A stretch of 64,000 nucleotides of DNA from IMG/VR virus record IMGVR_UViG_3300012642_000011, positions 160,001 to 224,000 of that record, one strand, 5' to 3'. Position 1 is the stretch's first letter. Each line of letters opens with the position of its first letter. A program made the translations under genes and the position numbers. Shown piece by piece: positions 34,540 through 43,913 of this stretch. The notes beneath the pieces were generated by a model. It did not search any database. It was not told the DNA's origin and worked only from the letters and a program-made list of their open reading frames with translations. Source of the stretch: a virus.

Positions 34540-37299
34540 ATGTCGGATTCACTTTTTGACGCCTTTGATGGCTTTGATGAAAAAACAGACGAGAATAATG
34601 AAGTAGCACAGGATAAGACAACCTCTGTAGAGGACAACCAGAAGAGCGATCAGACCTCATTAGAAGGCATCAGGAAGGCCGCTAGAGACGCTGATGAGAG
34701 GTACACAGAGGAAAGCGACACAGGCAACACTGTAGCCCGTTATACGGCCACTGGTGAGATCCTGACATCAGAGGGAGAGATCATTGACCCCATTACTATT
34801 CCTGATGATAGTGATGAAGAGATGGATGAAGATCCTGACGAAACAGATTTCGCCAAAGAAGTCATCAAAAAGGATGGATCAATCTGGCTTCCTGAAGAGT
34901 ATGAACCTTACACCAAAATGGTTTTGACAGATCGTGCCTTTGCTGATTCTGACGGTCAGAAGCCTGTTAACAGAAGAATCCTTTGGAGCATGTACCAGAC
35001 CAAGGCTACAAGTCAGGATAAGCACGTTAAGGCCGCTAAGATTGTCGGTAACACTATGGGTTCCTATCACCCCCACGGTGATGCAGCAATCTCTGATGCC
35101 CTTGCACGTATGGCGCAGTCCTTTGTTAACAGAGTTCCCCTTGTTGACCCTGAAGGAACAGTTGGAAAGGTAGCAGGAGATGAGGCTGCTGCACCACGTT
35201 ATTGGGAAGCAAGACTCACACCTGCCGCAATGGAACTTCTTTCTGAAGTAAACCAAGGTGCTGCCGTCATGATTGACAGTTATGACGGAGAGAATCAAAT
35301 CCCCGCTATTCTACCATCTCGTTGGCCTGCACTTATTGTCAATGGAACAAGTGGTATTGGTGTTGGGTATGCGTCCAACGTCCCACCTCACAACCCTTCT
35401 GAAGTGATGGATGCTGTAATTGCTTACATCCGAAACCCAGAGATCAGTGTAGATGAAATCCTCAAAATCTCTAAGGGTCCAGACTTCCCTGACGGCGGTG
35501 TAGTTGAAGGTATCGACGGAATCAAGAACTACTATGAAACAGGTAGAGGAACCTTTTATATTAAGGCTCATTATGAGATTGAATATCCTAAGAAGGGGCT
35601 TGCGAAGATTATATTCACAGACATTCCTTATGGTGTGTCAGCAGAGGCTATCAAGAAGAAGGTTCAATCCCTTATTGATCCTAAGCCTACTTCAAAAAAT
35701 AAAAAACCTAAGCCAAATGAGATTCTTGCCAAAGGTCTTTCTTCAATAGAAGATCTCAGTGATAAAGAGACCAACGGAATCCTTATCGAATGCACTGTCA
35801 ACGTAGGGCACAACCCTAAAGATATTGCACGAGAACTGATGGACAAAACGCCATTGAAAACGTCATTCTCTGTCAACAGTAACATTCTTGTTGATGGAAA
35901 AGTTGAGCAAGCATCCATCTTCGACATGATTAGGATCTTTGTTGACTCACGCAGAATCTCAACTGTAAGAAGGCTTGATACAAGGATTGAGAAGATCAGT
36001 GACAAGGTTCATCAACTTGAAGGAATCTTGCTTGCCCTTGTTGACCTTGACAAAGTGATCAAGATTATCCGAGGATCAGAGTCTCAAGCAGAAGCCAAGG
36101 CTGAATTGGTCAAGGAAATGAAACTTTCTGATTCTCAGGCTGATTATATTCTTGCAATGCAGTTGAGAAGGTTGACAAAATCTGATGCTCACGCTATCGA
36201 GAGCGAAAAGAAAGAACTTGATGCAGAAGTCGAGGAGATCAATCGTATTCTTTCAACACCTGAATTGCTTGATGAAAACATCATTGAGGAACTCTTGAAG
36301 ACAAAGAAAGTCATTGATTCTGAAAGAAGAACAACAATTCTTGATGTCACAACAAAAGATGTTGCTGAAAGAAAGAAGAAGGCGCTTCAGATGAGCAGGA
36401 ACGTGTCTAAGAACATTGATTGCTACATTACGAGATTTGCCAATGGACACTTCTTGAAAACCTATGAACCCTTTACCTATGATGACGAGAAGTACAAAAG
36501 AACTCTTGATCACACCCCTGCAATAGAGCAGATCAAGACGAAAACTCAGGAAACTATTGTCATTGTCACCAGTGAGGGAAATGGTCACAGAATCCCTGTT
36601 TCTTACATTCCTGATGACGTTGCTCTTGGTATTCATGCTTTTGGATTGGAGGAGGTCAACCCTGATGAGATAGTTGTAGGAATCTCAAAGGACAAGGTAG
36701 CGCCCAGGGCTAAAGATGTTGGTCTTGCTATCGCTACATCCAATGGTGGAATTAAGATCACCAAGGCAGGAGACTACCCCACAAAGGATACTTTCCCTGT
36801 CATCTCTCTTGCAGAGGGAGAAAAGGTTGTTGGATGCAGATGGATCAGCACACAGGATGACTTGTTGTTCTCTATGGTTTCATCAGATGGAAACATTATT
36901 CTCTTTGAATCATCCAGTGTCAGACCAGCGGGACATAAGGCTGGTTCTGTTAAGGGAATGAAATTGAAGAATGATGATTCTCAGGTGATCTATTTCAATA
37001 CTGTCAACCCTGAAGCAGAAATGAATGTTGTGATCACGCTCTCTGACAAGACCATCAAGCAAACTGGACTGCATGAGATCACAATTAAAGGTCGCGGTGG
37101 AATGGGTGTAGCAACACAGGGATTCCGAAAAGGTGAAGGAAAACTCATTGATGCTTTCGTTGGAAGCAAACCAGTGATTTCTACAGCATCTGATACACAC
37201 GGAAGAATGCTTCTTCCTCAGTTGAAGGCAAGGTCTGTATCAGGAGACCCATTTGAGATGAAAGTTCTTCTTGGGGAAACATCTCCTGAGATAGTGTGA
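34540..37299 (+). CDS. type IIA topoisomerase subunit A (GyrA/ParC-like) with a ~100-aa acidic N-terminal extension
   Basis: HPHGDAAI, active-site AAPRYWEARL (catalytic Tyr), GTSGIGVGYASN, and C-terminal beta-pinwheel repeats. No B subunit within the window. Confidence 0.7.
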   Translation: MSDSLFDAFDGFDEKTDENNEVAQDKTTSVEDNQKSDQTSLEGIRKAARDADERYTEESDTGNTVARYTATGEILTSEGEIIDPITIPDDSDEEMDEDPDETDFAKEVIKKDGSIWLPEEYEPYTKMVLTDRAFADSDGQKPVNRRILWSMYQTKATSQDKHVKAAKIVGNTMGSYHPHGDAAISDALARMAQSFVNRVPLVDPEGTVGKVAGDEAAAPRYWEARLTPAAMELLSEVNQGAAVMIDSYDGENQIPAILPSRWPALIVNGTSGIGVGYASNVPPHNPSEVMDAVIAYIRNPEISVDEILKISKGPDFPDGGVVEGIDGIKNYYETGRGTFYIKAHYEIEYPKKGLAKIIFTDIPYGVSAEAIKKKVQSLIDPKPTSKNKKPKPNEILAKGLSSIEDLSDKETNGILIECTVNVGHNPKDIARELMDKTPLKTSFSVNSNILVDGKVEQASIFDMIRIFVDSRRISTVRRLDTRIEKISDKVHQLEGILLALVDLDKVIKIIRGSESQAEAKAELVKEMKLSDSQADYILAMQLRRLTKSDAHAIESEKKELDAEVEEINRILSTPELLDENIIEELLKTKKVIDSERRTTILDVTTKDVAERKKKALQMSRNVSKNIDCYITRFANGHFLKTYEPFTYDDEKYKRTLDHTPAIEQIKTKTQETIVIVTSEGNGHRIPVSYIPDDVALGIHAFGLEEVNPDEIVVGISKDKVAPRAKDVGLAIATSNGGIKITKAGDYPTKDTFPVISLAEGEKVVGCRWISTQDDLLFSMVSSDGNIILFESSSVRPAGHKAGSVKGMKLKNDDSQVIYFNTVNPEAEMNVVITLSDKTIKQTGLHEITIKGRGGMGVATQGFRKGEGKLIDAFVGSKPVISTASDTHGRMLLPQLKARSVSGDPFEMKVLLGETSPEIV

Positions 37300-37345
37300 C
37301 ATTCCGATATTTCCTTTAAATTGCTAAAGAAAAGGAAATATCTAT

Positions 37346-38296
37346 ATGTCTTTACAGAAGAGTATGACCCATGATTGTGATGAAGAATGCTTCGGGCACA
37401 AAATAGTTCATAGGATAGTCCACAAAGACAGAGATTCTGGCTTCATGGGTTATACTCATGCGCTTAGCGCGTTGGCTGTAGTTACTTTGTCATTAGGCAT
37501 TATCGGATTGGCTTTTGGCGACTTGAAGAATTTTCTTGAATCCACTATTGGCAGTTCTGTGTTCCCTGTTATTATTCTTTCAATCAACGCTGTCTTGGGT
37601 TCAGTTATGTTAAATGACCTTGACAACACATCATCAAGGGCAAGAAACGATCTTGGACTCTTTGGCGTTGCTATCAGTGGTCTCTTCAGGGGAACTTCCC
37701 TTGTCGTCCAGAACACAGTGAGAACAAAGCGTGACCCCGCCGAACCCAACCCACACAGAGGGTTCTATCACACGCTTCCTGGCGCAGCATTGATTTCCTT
37801 GCTCGTATTGCTTGGAACAAGACTTGATCACGAGATATCTTTAAGCATGATCCCTAATCAACCTGTAGTCACTCTAGGTTGGCTGATCGGCATGGTCACT
37901 GTGTTCATTCTCACACACCTTGCTCTGTCAACTCTTGCTAAAGAATACATGGACAAAGTAAGAAAATCAGCCCTCATGGGAGAAGTGATTGCTTTTGGTA
38001 TCTCAGCAGTCATCTCCATTGCATTACTTCTTTCTGTCCCCCAAGGAATCGACTTCTGGTGGCTCTCTGTTGCCATCTTCATCGGTATGACAATTCACGT
38101 CATGGGAGACATTTTCACCACAGCAGGCGCCCCAATCTGGTTCCCCATCCCTATCAACGGAAAAATGTGGTGGAACGTCAGATTGAGTACAATCAAAGCA
38201 GGCGGTGACTTTGAGAACAAAATCCTCGTCAAACTCCTTACAGTATTGTCCGTGATAGGAATTATTTTGACCACTATTGCGTTGATCAAAATGTGA
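37346..38296 (+). CDS. polytopic membrane protein
   Basis: Six or more hydrophobic helices. Confidence 0.5.
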   Translation: MSLQKSMTHDCDEECFGHKIVHRIVHKDRDSGFMGYTHALSALAVVTLSLGIIGLAFGDLKNFLESTIGSSVFPVIILSINAVLGSVMLNDLDNTSSRARNDLGLFGVAISGLFRGTSLVVQNTVRTKRDPAEPNPHRGFYHTLPGAALISLLVLLGTRLDHEISLSMIPNQPVVTLGWLIGMVTVFILTHLALSTLAKEYMDKVRKSALMGEVIAFGISAVISIALLLSVPQGIDFWWLSVAIFIGMTIHVMGDIFTTAGAPIWFPIPINGKMWWNVRLSTIKAGGDFENKILVKLLTVLSVIGIILTTIALIKM

Positions 38297-38374
38297 ACAA
38301 TTTATAAAAGTAAATTAAATTCTTTACCATTGTTTAGATAAACAATAAACTTATTTCTCATGGGAAGGTAAATC

Positions 38375-38929
38375 GTGAAATTCCACATCAACAATAATAA
38401 CGAAGCCAAAAGATGTAGAGCAAAAACCGATGCTTCCTGCCGTTTTGCTTCTAACGATGAAAACCAACACTTCTCTACCCAGAAAGAAGCAGAGCAAGAA
38501 ATCGAAAGAAGAAATAAAACAAGGGAAAAAGCATCCCAAGAACAAAAGACCTTTAATGCTAGGAAAAACAGGATTGCAACAGCACTGGAATCTTTTGGCG
38601 GCATCGATAAGAAGAATCTCGCCCCTGTAAAGAATGAAAAAGAAATGATCAATAAATGGTTCAATGAAGACAAAGAAACTTTTAACCAGTTCATCACCCA
38701 CGTCAACAATGACAAAATAAGTGATCAAACCAAGAAATTCATTGGAACCATGACCATCAAAGGGTTGAACATCGATACCGAAAGCAAAGCCACAGACATC
38801 TCCATGGATAAGTCATGGGATACTGATAGTAACATCAGTCACCTCACTTTCATCGAAGAAGATGATGACAAGGAAACACTTGACAGCATTCTATCAGGAA
38901 AAGAGAAAGCATTCAGTTTCTCCCACTGA
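38375..38929 (+). CDS. hypothetical Lys/Glu-rich protein
   Basis: 184-aa ORF. Confidence 0.4.
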   Translation: MKFHINNNNEAKRCRAKTDASCRFASNDENQHFSTQKEAEQEIERRNKTREKASQEQKTFNARKNRIATALESFGGIDKKNLAPVKNEKEMINKWFNEDKETFNQFITHVNNDKISDQTKKFIGTMTIKGLNIDTESKATDISMDKSWDTDSNISHLTFIEEDDDKETLDSILSGKEKAFSFSH

Positions 38930-39008
38930 CCTTATAGTATTTAAAACCAATCGACCATACACGAATTCACCTTATAATTGCTTTCGTCTCACTTTGGTAT
39001 AATCAATC

Positions 39009-40412
39009 ATGGCTAAAAGAGATATAAAAACATACGTACATATTTGCGGTTATGAAAAGAGATCCGCAAACAGACCATCAGGACTCTGCCCGCAATGTGG
39101 AACATACATCACCGATGAGTCCATCAGGGTTGTATCTGATGCGCCTGAAGGAGAAAAGATCTCTACAGGTCTTAAAACGCGATCCACAGGAAGCATTGAA
39201 ACCAGAGCATCCAGCATCAACGAAATCAAAGGGACAGTTCTTGAAAGATTCCAAACAGGTATCGAAGAACTGGATAGAGTTCTGGGTGGTGGCTTTGTCA
39301 CAGGAGAAGTTGTCCTTCTTTCTGGTTTCCCCGGATCAGGAAAGTCCACGCTCAGTTTAAGGATCGCTGAAGAGTTCGCTAAGAGGTCAGGAACAGTTCT
39401 CTACTCATCAGGTGAGGAATCCGTACAGCAGATCGGTATGAGGGCTATGAGAATGAATGTTGACAATGATAACATCAAAGTCATCAATGAAACGAACCTT
39501 TCTACCTTGCATGCTCATATTATGGAAGAAAAACCAAAGTTCATTGTAGTTGACTCCCTACAGACTATTGCATCTGATGATGTCAATTCATCCATTGGTT
39601 CTATTGCACAATCTAAAGAAGCCGCACACTTCCTTACAGCACTTGCAAAGAAGCACGACATCACAATGGTTCTGATTTCACAGGTATCAAAGTCAGGAGA
39701 TTTCTCAGGATCAGAAGCAATTCAGCACATCGTTGACTGTACTCTCATGCTTGAATCTGACAGCAACAGCCCATTGAAGTTCCTCCGAGCAAAGAAGAAC
39801 AGATTTGGAGATACATCTGAAGTCGGAATCTTCCAGCATTCAGATGAAGGACTTACTGAAGTCTCAGACCCCAGTGGAATCTTAATTGATGAAGATGAAG
39901 ATGCCATTCAAGGCGTATCAAGAACTTTCATCAGCGAAGGTGTAAGGCAGATTCCCGTGGAGATACACTCACTGGTCACATCAGAAGCATTCTTCACCAA
40001 TCCGAGGATCACATTTGAAGGCGCAGACTACGGCAGAGGACAAATGATCATTGCAGCAATGAATAAGTACTGCAACCTCAGACTCCAAGATCACGATGTA
40101 TTCGTTGGAACAGTCTCAGGACTCAAAGTACATGATCCCATGTCTGACCTTGCTATTGCTGCAGCTATCATGTCCTCCTTAAAAGACATCAAGAGTAAGA
40201 ACAGAACTGCCTATGTGGGTGAAGTCACACTAACGGGTCAAATACGAGGATCATTCATGATGGAGCAAAAGATCAAAGAAGCAGAAAGACTTGGATTTGA
40301 TCGTATTATTATTCCAGACACCTCCTACAAAAGCATTGACCTCAAGAAGTTCCAGAAAATCAAAATCATTGGAATAAAAAACATTTACGAACTAAAATCA
40401 AAGATTGTATGA
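39009..40412 (+). CDS. radA: DNA repair protein RadA/Sms
   Basis: C4 zinc finger CGYEKRSANRPSGLCPQCG, Walker A GFPGSGKST, KNRFG motif (KNRFGDTSEVGIF), C-terminal Lon-protease-like domain. Confidence 0.85.
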   Translation: MAKRDIKTYVHICGYEKRSANRPSGLCPQCGTYITDESIRVVSDAPEGEKISTGLKTRSTGSIETRASSINEIKGTVLERFQTGIEELDRVLGGGFVTGEVVLLSGFPGSGKSTLSLRIAEEFAKRSGTVLYSSGEESVQQIGMRAMRMNVDNDNIKVINETNLSTLHAHIMEEKPKFIVVDSLQTIASDDVNSSIGSIAQSKEAAHFLTALAKKHDITMVLISQVSKSGDFSGSEAIQHIVDCTLMLESDSNSPLKFLRAKKNRFGDTSEVGIFQHSDEGLTEVSDPSGILIDEDEDAIQGVSRTFISEGVRQIPVEIHSLVTSEAFFTNPRITFEGADYGRGQMIIAAMNKYCNLRLQDHDVFVGTVSGLKVHDPMSDLAIAAAIMSSLKDIKSKNRTAYVGEVTLTGQIRGSFMMEQKIKEAERLGFDRIIIPDTSYKSIDLKKFQKIKIIGIKNIYELKSKIV

Positions 40413-40475
40413 TGATTTTTCTACCTTTCCTTGATATAAATTCTGAGTAACTTTAAAACAAGACAGCCAGAAAAG

Positions 40476-40913
40476 GTGATTAAATTTATGACTTCGAATA
40501 ACCATTTCAACGATGATGACTGGGATGATCTTCCAGATGAAGAAGAGGACACAGAGCACAGTGATGACGTGTGGGTAACTGACCCTAAAACGGGAAAAAG
40601 ATATAAGAAAATTCACGGTGTAGAATCAGACAAAATAAAGAACTTTATCAAAAGCAAAGGGAATCTTAGCCTTCAACAGATGAAATCTATGATTAAAGAG
40701 GATGACGATGTGAACGGATTCTTCGATCTTGAAGAATCTGCAAAGATATTTCTACCCCATTTGCAAGTGCCACCCACAAAGAAAGAACTCAGCGAACTCA
40801 GAAGAGAAAAACGCGAAAACCAGAAGAAGCAACTTGAAGAGTATAAGAAAGAACAGTTGAGTATCAAGAACAGTAATAGTAAAAAGAATAATTCACCTGA
40901 TGACGACGAATAA
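40476..40913 (+). CDS. hypothetical acidic/basic protein
   Basis: 145-aa ORF. Confidence 0.4.
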   Translation: MIKFMTSNNHFNDDDWDDLPDEEEDTEHSDDVWVTDPKTGKRYKKIHGVESDKIKNFIKSKGNLSLQQMKSMIKEDDDVNGFFDLEESAKIFLPHLQVPPTKKELSELRREKRENQKKQLEEYKKEQLSIKNSNSKKNNSPDDDE

Positions 40914-40971
40914 TTTATCCATATTTTAGAAAATAGTTCATCATCAAATTTAGTACTCAGGAGTATCTTAC

Positions 40972-41172
40972 ATGTCTAAAGCAGTTGAACAAACCAAAGG
41001 AGCATTTAAAGCAATGTTCTTCTTTGCCTTTATTGCAGTCTTCATTATAATGGTGCTGGCAGCATTCAACTATGATCTTGAAGTACTGGTCATGTGGGTT
41101 GCAAACAAGATAGTGGCAATTGGAGAATGGTTCTCAAATCTCGAATTCATCAGGAACTTCTTCCAAGCCTGA
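40972..41172 (+). CDS. small membrane protein
   Basis: 66 aa with one TM helix. Confidence 0.35.
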   Translation: MSKAVEQTKGAFKAMFFFAFIAVFIIMVLAAFNYDLEVLVMWVANKIVAIGEWFSNLEFIRNFFQA

Positions 41173-41304
41173 CTCCTTAACAAAAATATTAAATATCTTT
41201 CTCTGACCTCTCTGATATCATGTGTATCAGAGAGGTCATCTTGTTATAATAACGGTGTAACAAGCTCGATACAAGTTTAAGTCCGAAAAAGGAGAGCAAA
41301 TAAA

Positions 41305-42285
41305 ATGAGCGAGAACACAGCCACATACATGGAACGACCATTCATCTCTTACGACGCACCAGATAATGATGGTGTAAGAGAAGAAATCAAGGTTACTAAG
41401 GGAACAGCCGTCGTTGATAACAGGCAAGAGATCGCTAAAATGGTCAAATACCATTTCATTGCAGACAACCTTAAAAAGCATAATGGATTTCCAGCATCCA
41501 TCTCCAAAGATGATAAAGAAATCATTAGAATTCTTGACGAATCACTTGAAAACGGTACACCTGTCTACGTCCGAAAGGAAACCGTCAGGGATCGTAAGAA
41601 GCATACTGATCGCTCTGTCCCCATCGAAGACATCAAGGACAATGAGAAATTTGCTAGAGTTGCAGCAGTGAAGGATGAAAACGGAGAGTACATTTTCGCC
41701 TCCAACAACATGGCTTTAACCAATCCTAAGGAAGATCCCGTCACTGGACCCAAGTCAGCATTGGACATGGAAATCCCTGATGAGATTCCTGTAAACAACG
41801 CCAAACAGTCTTTCTCAAGTCGCAACACCCATGCTGTCGAACTTCCCGCATGGGAGAAGGAGAACAGAGATGGTGCATCTAATCCCGGATCATTTGTAAC
41901 ACAAGCCAATGTATCAGCATACTTCTTTGCTGTAGAAAAACTCAAGGCTGCTGGACTCAGCACCGATCATGAAGATGTTCTCCCTGTTGCAGAAGAGATC
42001 CTTCGTGCTGCCGACATTCTTCAGTTGCTTGTTTACAAGAAAACAGAAGGCAGAGAAGATGTCCTTGACAGTGCAGACAGGTCAATCAACTCTCACTCCC
42101 GCGCACGACATATCATTTTCGAGATGATCAACAATCTTCACCCCATCACTGAAGATGCTGTTGAGGCTATCAAGAACAAGGAGAAGGCAACAGTACCAAC
42201 CCCTTGGATGAAGGAAATCATTAGTGCTTCCAAGGTTATTTTCTTCTGGTCAAATGGATATGACGAGAGTGGCACTGCCTTCTGA
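41305..42285 (+). CDS. hypothetical protein
   Basis: 326-aa ORF; terminator downstream. Confidence 0.5.
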   Translation: MSENTATYMERPFISYDAPDNDGVREEIKVTKGTAVVDNRQEIAKMVKYHFIADNLKKHNGFPASISKDDKEIIRILDESLENGTPVYVRKETVRDRKKHTDRSVPIEDIKDNEKFARVAAVKDENGEYIFASNNMALTNPKEDPVTGPKSALDMEIPDEIPVNNAKQSFSSRNTHAVELPAWEKENRDGASNPGSFVTQANVSAYFFAVEKLKAAGLSTDHEDVLPVAEEILRAADILQLLVYKKTEGREDVLDSADRSINSHSRARHIIFEMINNLHPITEDAVEAIKNKEKATVPTPWMKEIISASKVIFFWSNGYDESGTAF

Positions 42286-42299
42286 TATCGCACACCTAT

Positions 42300-42332
42300 A
42301 GAAAAACCCCCAATTATTTGGGGGTTTTTCTT
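42300..42332 (+). terminator. rho-independent terminator
   Basis: AAAAACCCCCAA-ttatt-TGGGGGTTTTT followed by CTTTGC. Confidence 0.75.
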
Positions 42333-42438
42333 TGCTCTAAAGTATAATTCTTTAATTATTTATTTCTGATATTTTTGATTGTAACTTTACAATAAAGTTA
42401 TAACTGTTTCCATGGAACTACTAACAGGAATTGATAAC

Positions 42439-42750
42439 ATGAAGAATTTCTTTAACAACATTGAGTCTGTTATCGCTGCATCCAAGGCTCAGGAAGAGCA
42501 GGATCGCGCAGACCTCGTACAGACAATCATCATCATCGCCGGATTCGCAATTGCTGCAATCGCAGTTGTTGGTTGGATCTCAACCGCTCTCTTCGGAATC
42601 GGTGCTGACACTGCTAGGTGCATCACTGGTGTACAGACATATGGCGGATCAGCTGCTACAACACAGGAGAACTGTGAGGCTCAGGGTAACGCTGCGAAAG
42701 CTGATGGTCAAATCACTAATGACGCAGCATACAAAGGCCGCTTTGGCTGA
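42439..42750 (+). CDS. Flp/Tad-type prepilin (fifth paralog, first gene of the Tad-like locus)
   Basis: MKNFFNNIESV...DRA|DLVQTIIIIAGFAIAAIAVVGWISTALFG is homologous to the four tandem paralogs at 8.9-10.8 kb; start set by homology (the ORF track starts at 42412). Confidence 0.6.
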   Translation: MKNFFNNIESVIAASKAQEEQDRADLVQTIIIIAGFAIAAIAVVGWISTALFGIGADTARCITGVQTYGGSAATTQENCEAQGNAAKADGQITNDAAYKGRFG

Positions 42751-42816
42751 TACCAATAAAGGTCAGGGACTGGTTCATCTGATCTGAAGTTTCAGAGACT
42801 CATCTGAAATAAATAA

Positions 42817-42850
42817 GAGAATCCCACTCTATACGGGTGGGATTCTTTTA
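42817..42850 (+). terminator. rho-independent terminator after the pilin gene
   Basis: GAGAATCCCAC-tctatacg-GTGGGATTCTTTT. Confidence 0.65.
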
Positions 42851-42996
42851 TGCCCAATTACCATTGAATTAATTTCTCACAAGAAAACTCTGATCAGAAA
42901 AATAGAAAGAAAACCAGAACGAATCTCTTAGTAAATAAAAGGATATGTTGATATTTCACAACATCAGGATAAGACAAGACAAAAGGACAAAAGACT

Positions 42997-43902
42997 ATGG
43001 ACTACCCTCTCATCATTGGCATACTCGTTGCTCTGATTTTTATCATCATAATGTATGAACTGCTTGTCCCCAAGTCAACTAGAGGACTAGTCTTCCATGA
43101 TGAGAATGCCTTCAATAAGAACCCCATTATGAAAGGATTTGCTGCGTTCGGAAACGAACTCTACACAGCATTACCTGAAGGTGTTCAAGTGGGCAACAAA
43201 GAGCGATACCCTCTCATCGAAGAATTAATTGTCAAATCAGGCAACCCATGGAACATCAACGCAAGAGAATACAAGATGATGCAAATCGTCCTTGCCGTCG
43301 TCGGTGCCATTGTCGGCGTTGCACTCTGGGCATCATTATACTTTGCACAAGGATTAACATGGTTACCATGGTGGGCATGTATTCTCGCCGGTACTGGATT
43401 GGGTTACATCACACCACACTCCAAGTATAAAGAACAAGCCAACCTCAGAGACCTTGAATTCAGAAGGCAACTACCAGAAGCCCTAGACCTTCTCATTATC
43501 ACTGTTGCATCAGGAGCCACAGTAGTCAACGGAATGAAGAACATTCTCCCTGACCTTCAGCCTGGCGTGGTTAAAGAAGAGTTCAAAAACATTGTCACCC
43601 ACGTTGAATCAGGTGGATCATTTGATGCTGCACTAGAAAACCTTGCTCTCAGAGCACCCAATGATGGTGTGGAAACATTCGTCAGGGCGCTTCAGGAAGC
43701 CAACAAGAGAGGATCAGACACTGTGGAGATCCTTGAATCCAGAGCAGAAGAATCCCGAAAAGATTTCTTCACGCTTCTAGAAAAGAAAGTTGCTACACTT
43801 TCCAGTAGGGTATTTATGATCCTCACGCCTACACTTATGCCCGCAGTTATGATTATTGCTATTGCACCATCTGCTGCATCACTTGCCGAGTCCCTTGGAT
43901 GA
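42997..43902 (+). CDS. TadB/TadC-like platform protein (T2SS-F domain)
   Basis: N-terminal TM, soluble GspF-like domain, two C-terminal TM helices; position next to the TadA-like ATPase. Confidence 0.55.
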   Translation: MDYPLIIGILVALIFIIIMYELLVPKSTRGLVFHDENAFNKNPIMKGFAAFGNELYTALPEGVQVGNKERYPLIEELIVKSGNPWNINAREYKMMQIVLAVVGAIVGVALWASLYFAQGLTWLPWWACILAGTGLGYITPHSKYKEQANLRDLEFRRQLPEALDLLIITVASGATVVNGMKNILPDLQPGVVKEEFKNIVTHVESGGSFDAALENLALRAPNDGVETFVRALQEANKRGSDTVEILESRAEESRKDFFTLLEKKVATLSSRVFMILTPTLMPAVMIIAIAPSAASLAESLG

Positions 43903-43913
43903 TTGGAGAAGAA

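Noticed and set aside
39050-39360. Overlapping 99-aa and 102-aa ORFs in other frames of radA
   Set aside because: They sit inside the well-supported radA coding region. There is no independent evidence for them.
42412-42438. Upstream ATG (MELLTGIDN) for the fifth pilin
   Set aside because: The four paralogs all begin at the MKxF motif; the extension has no SD. The homology-based start at 42439 is preferred, though not certain.
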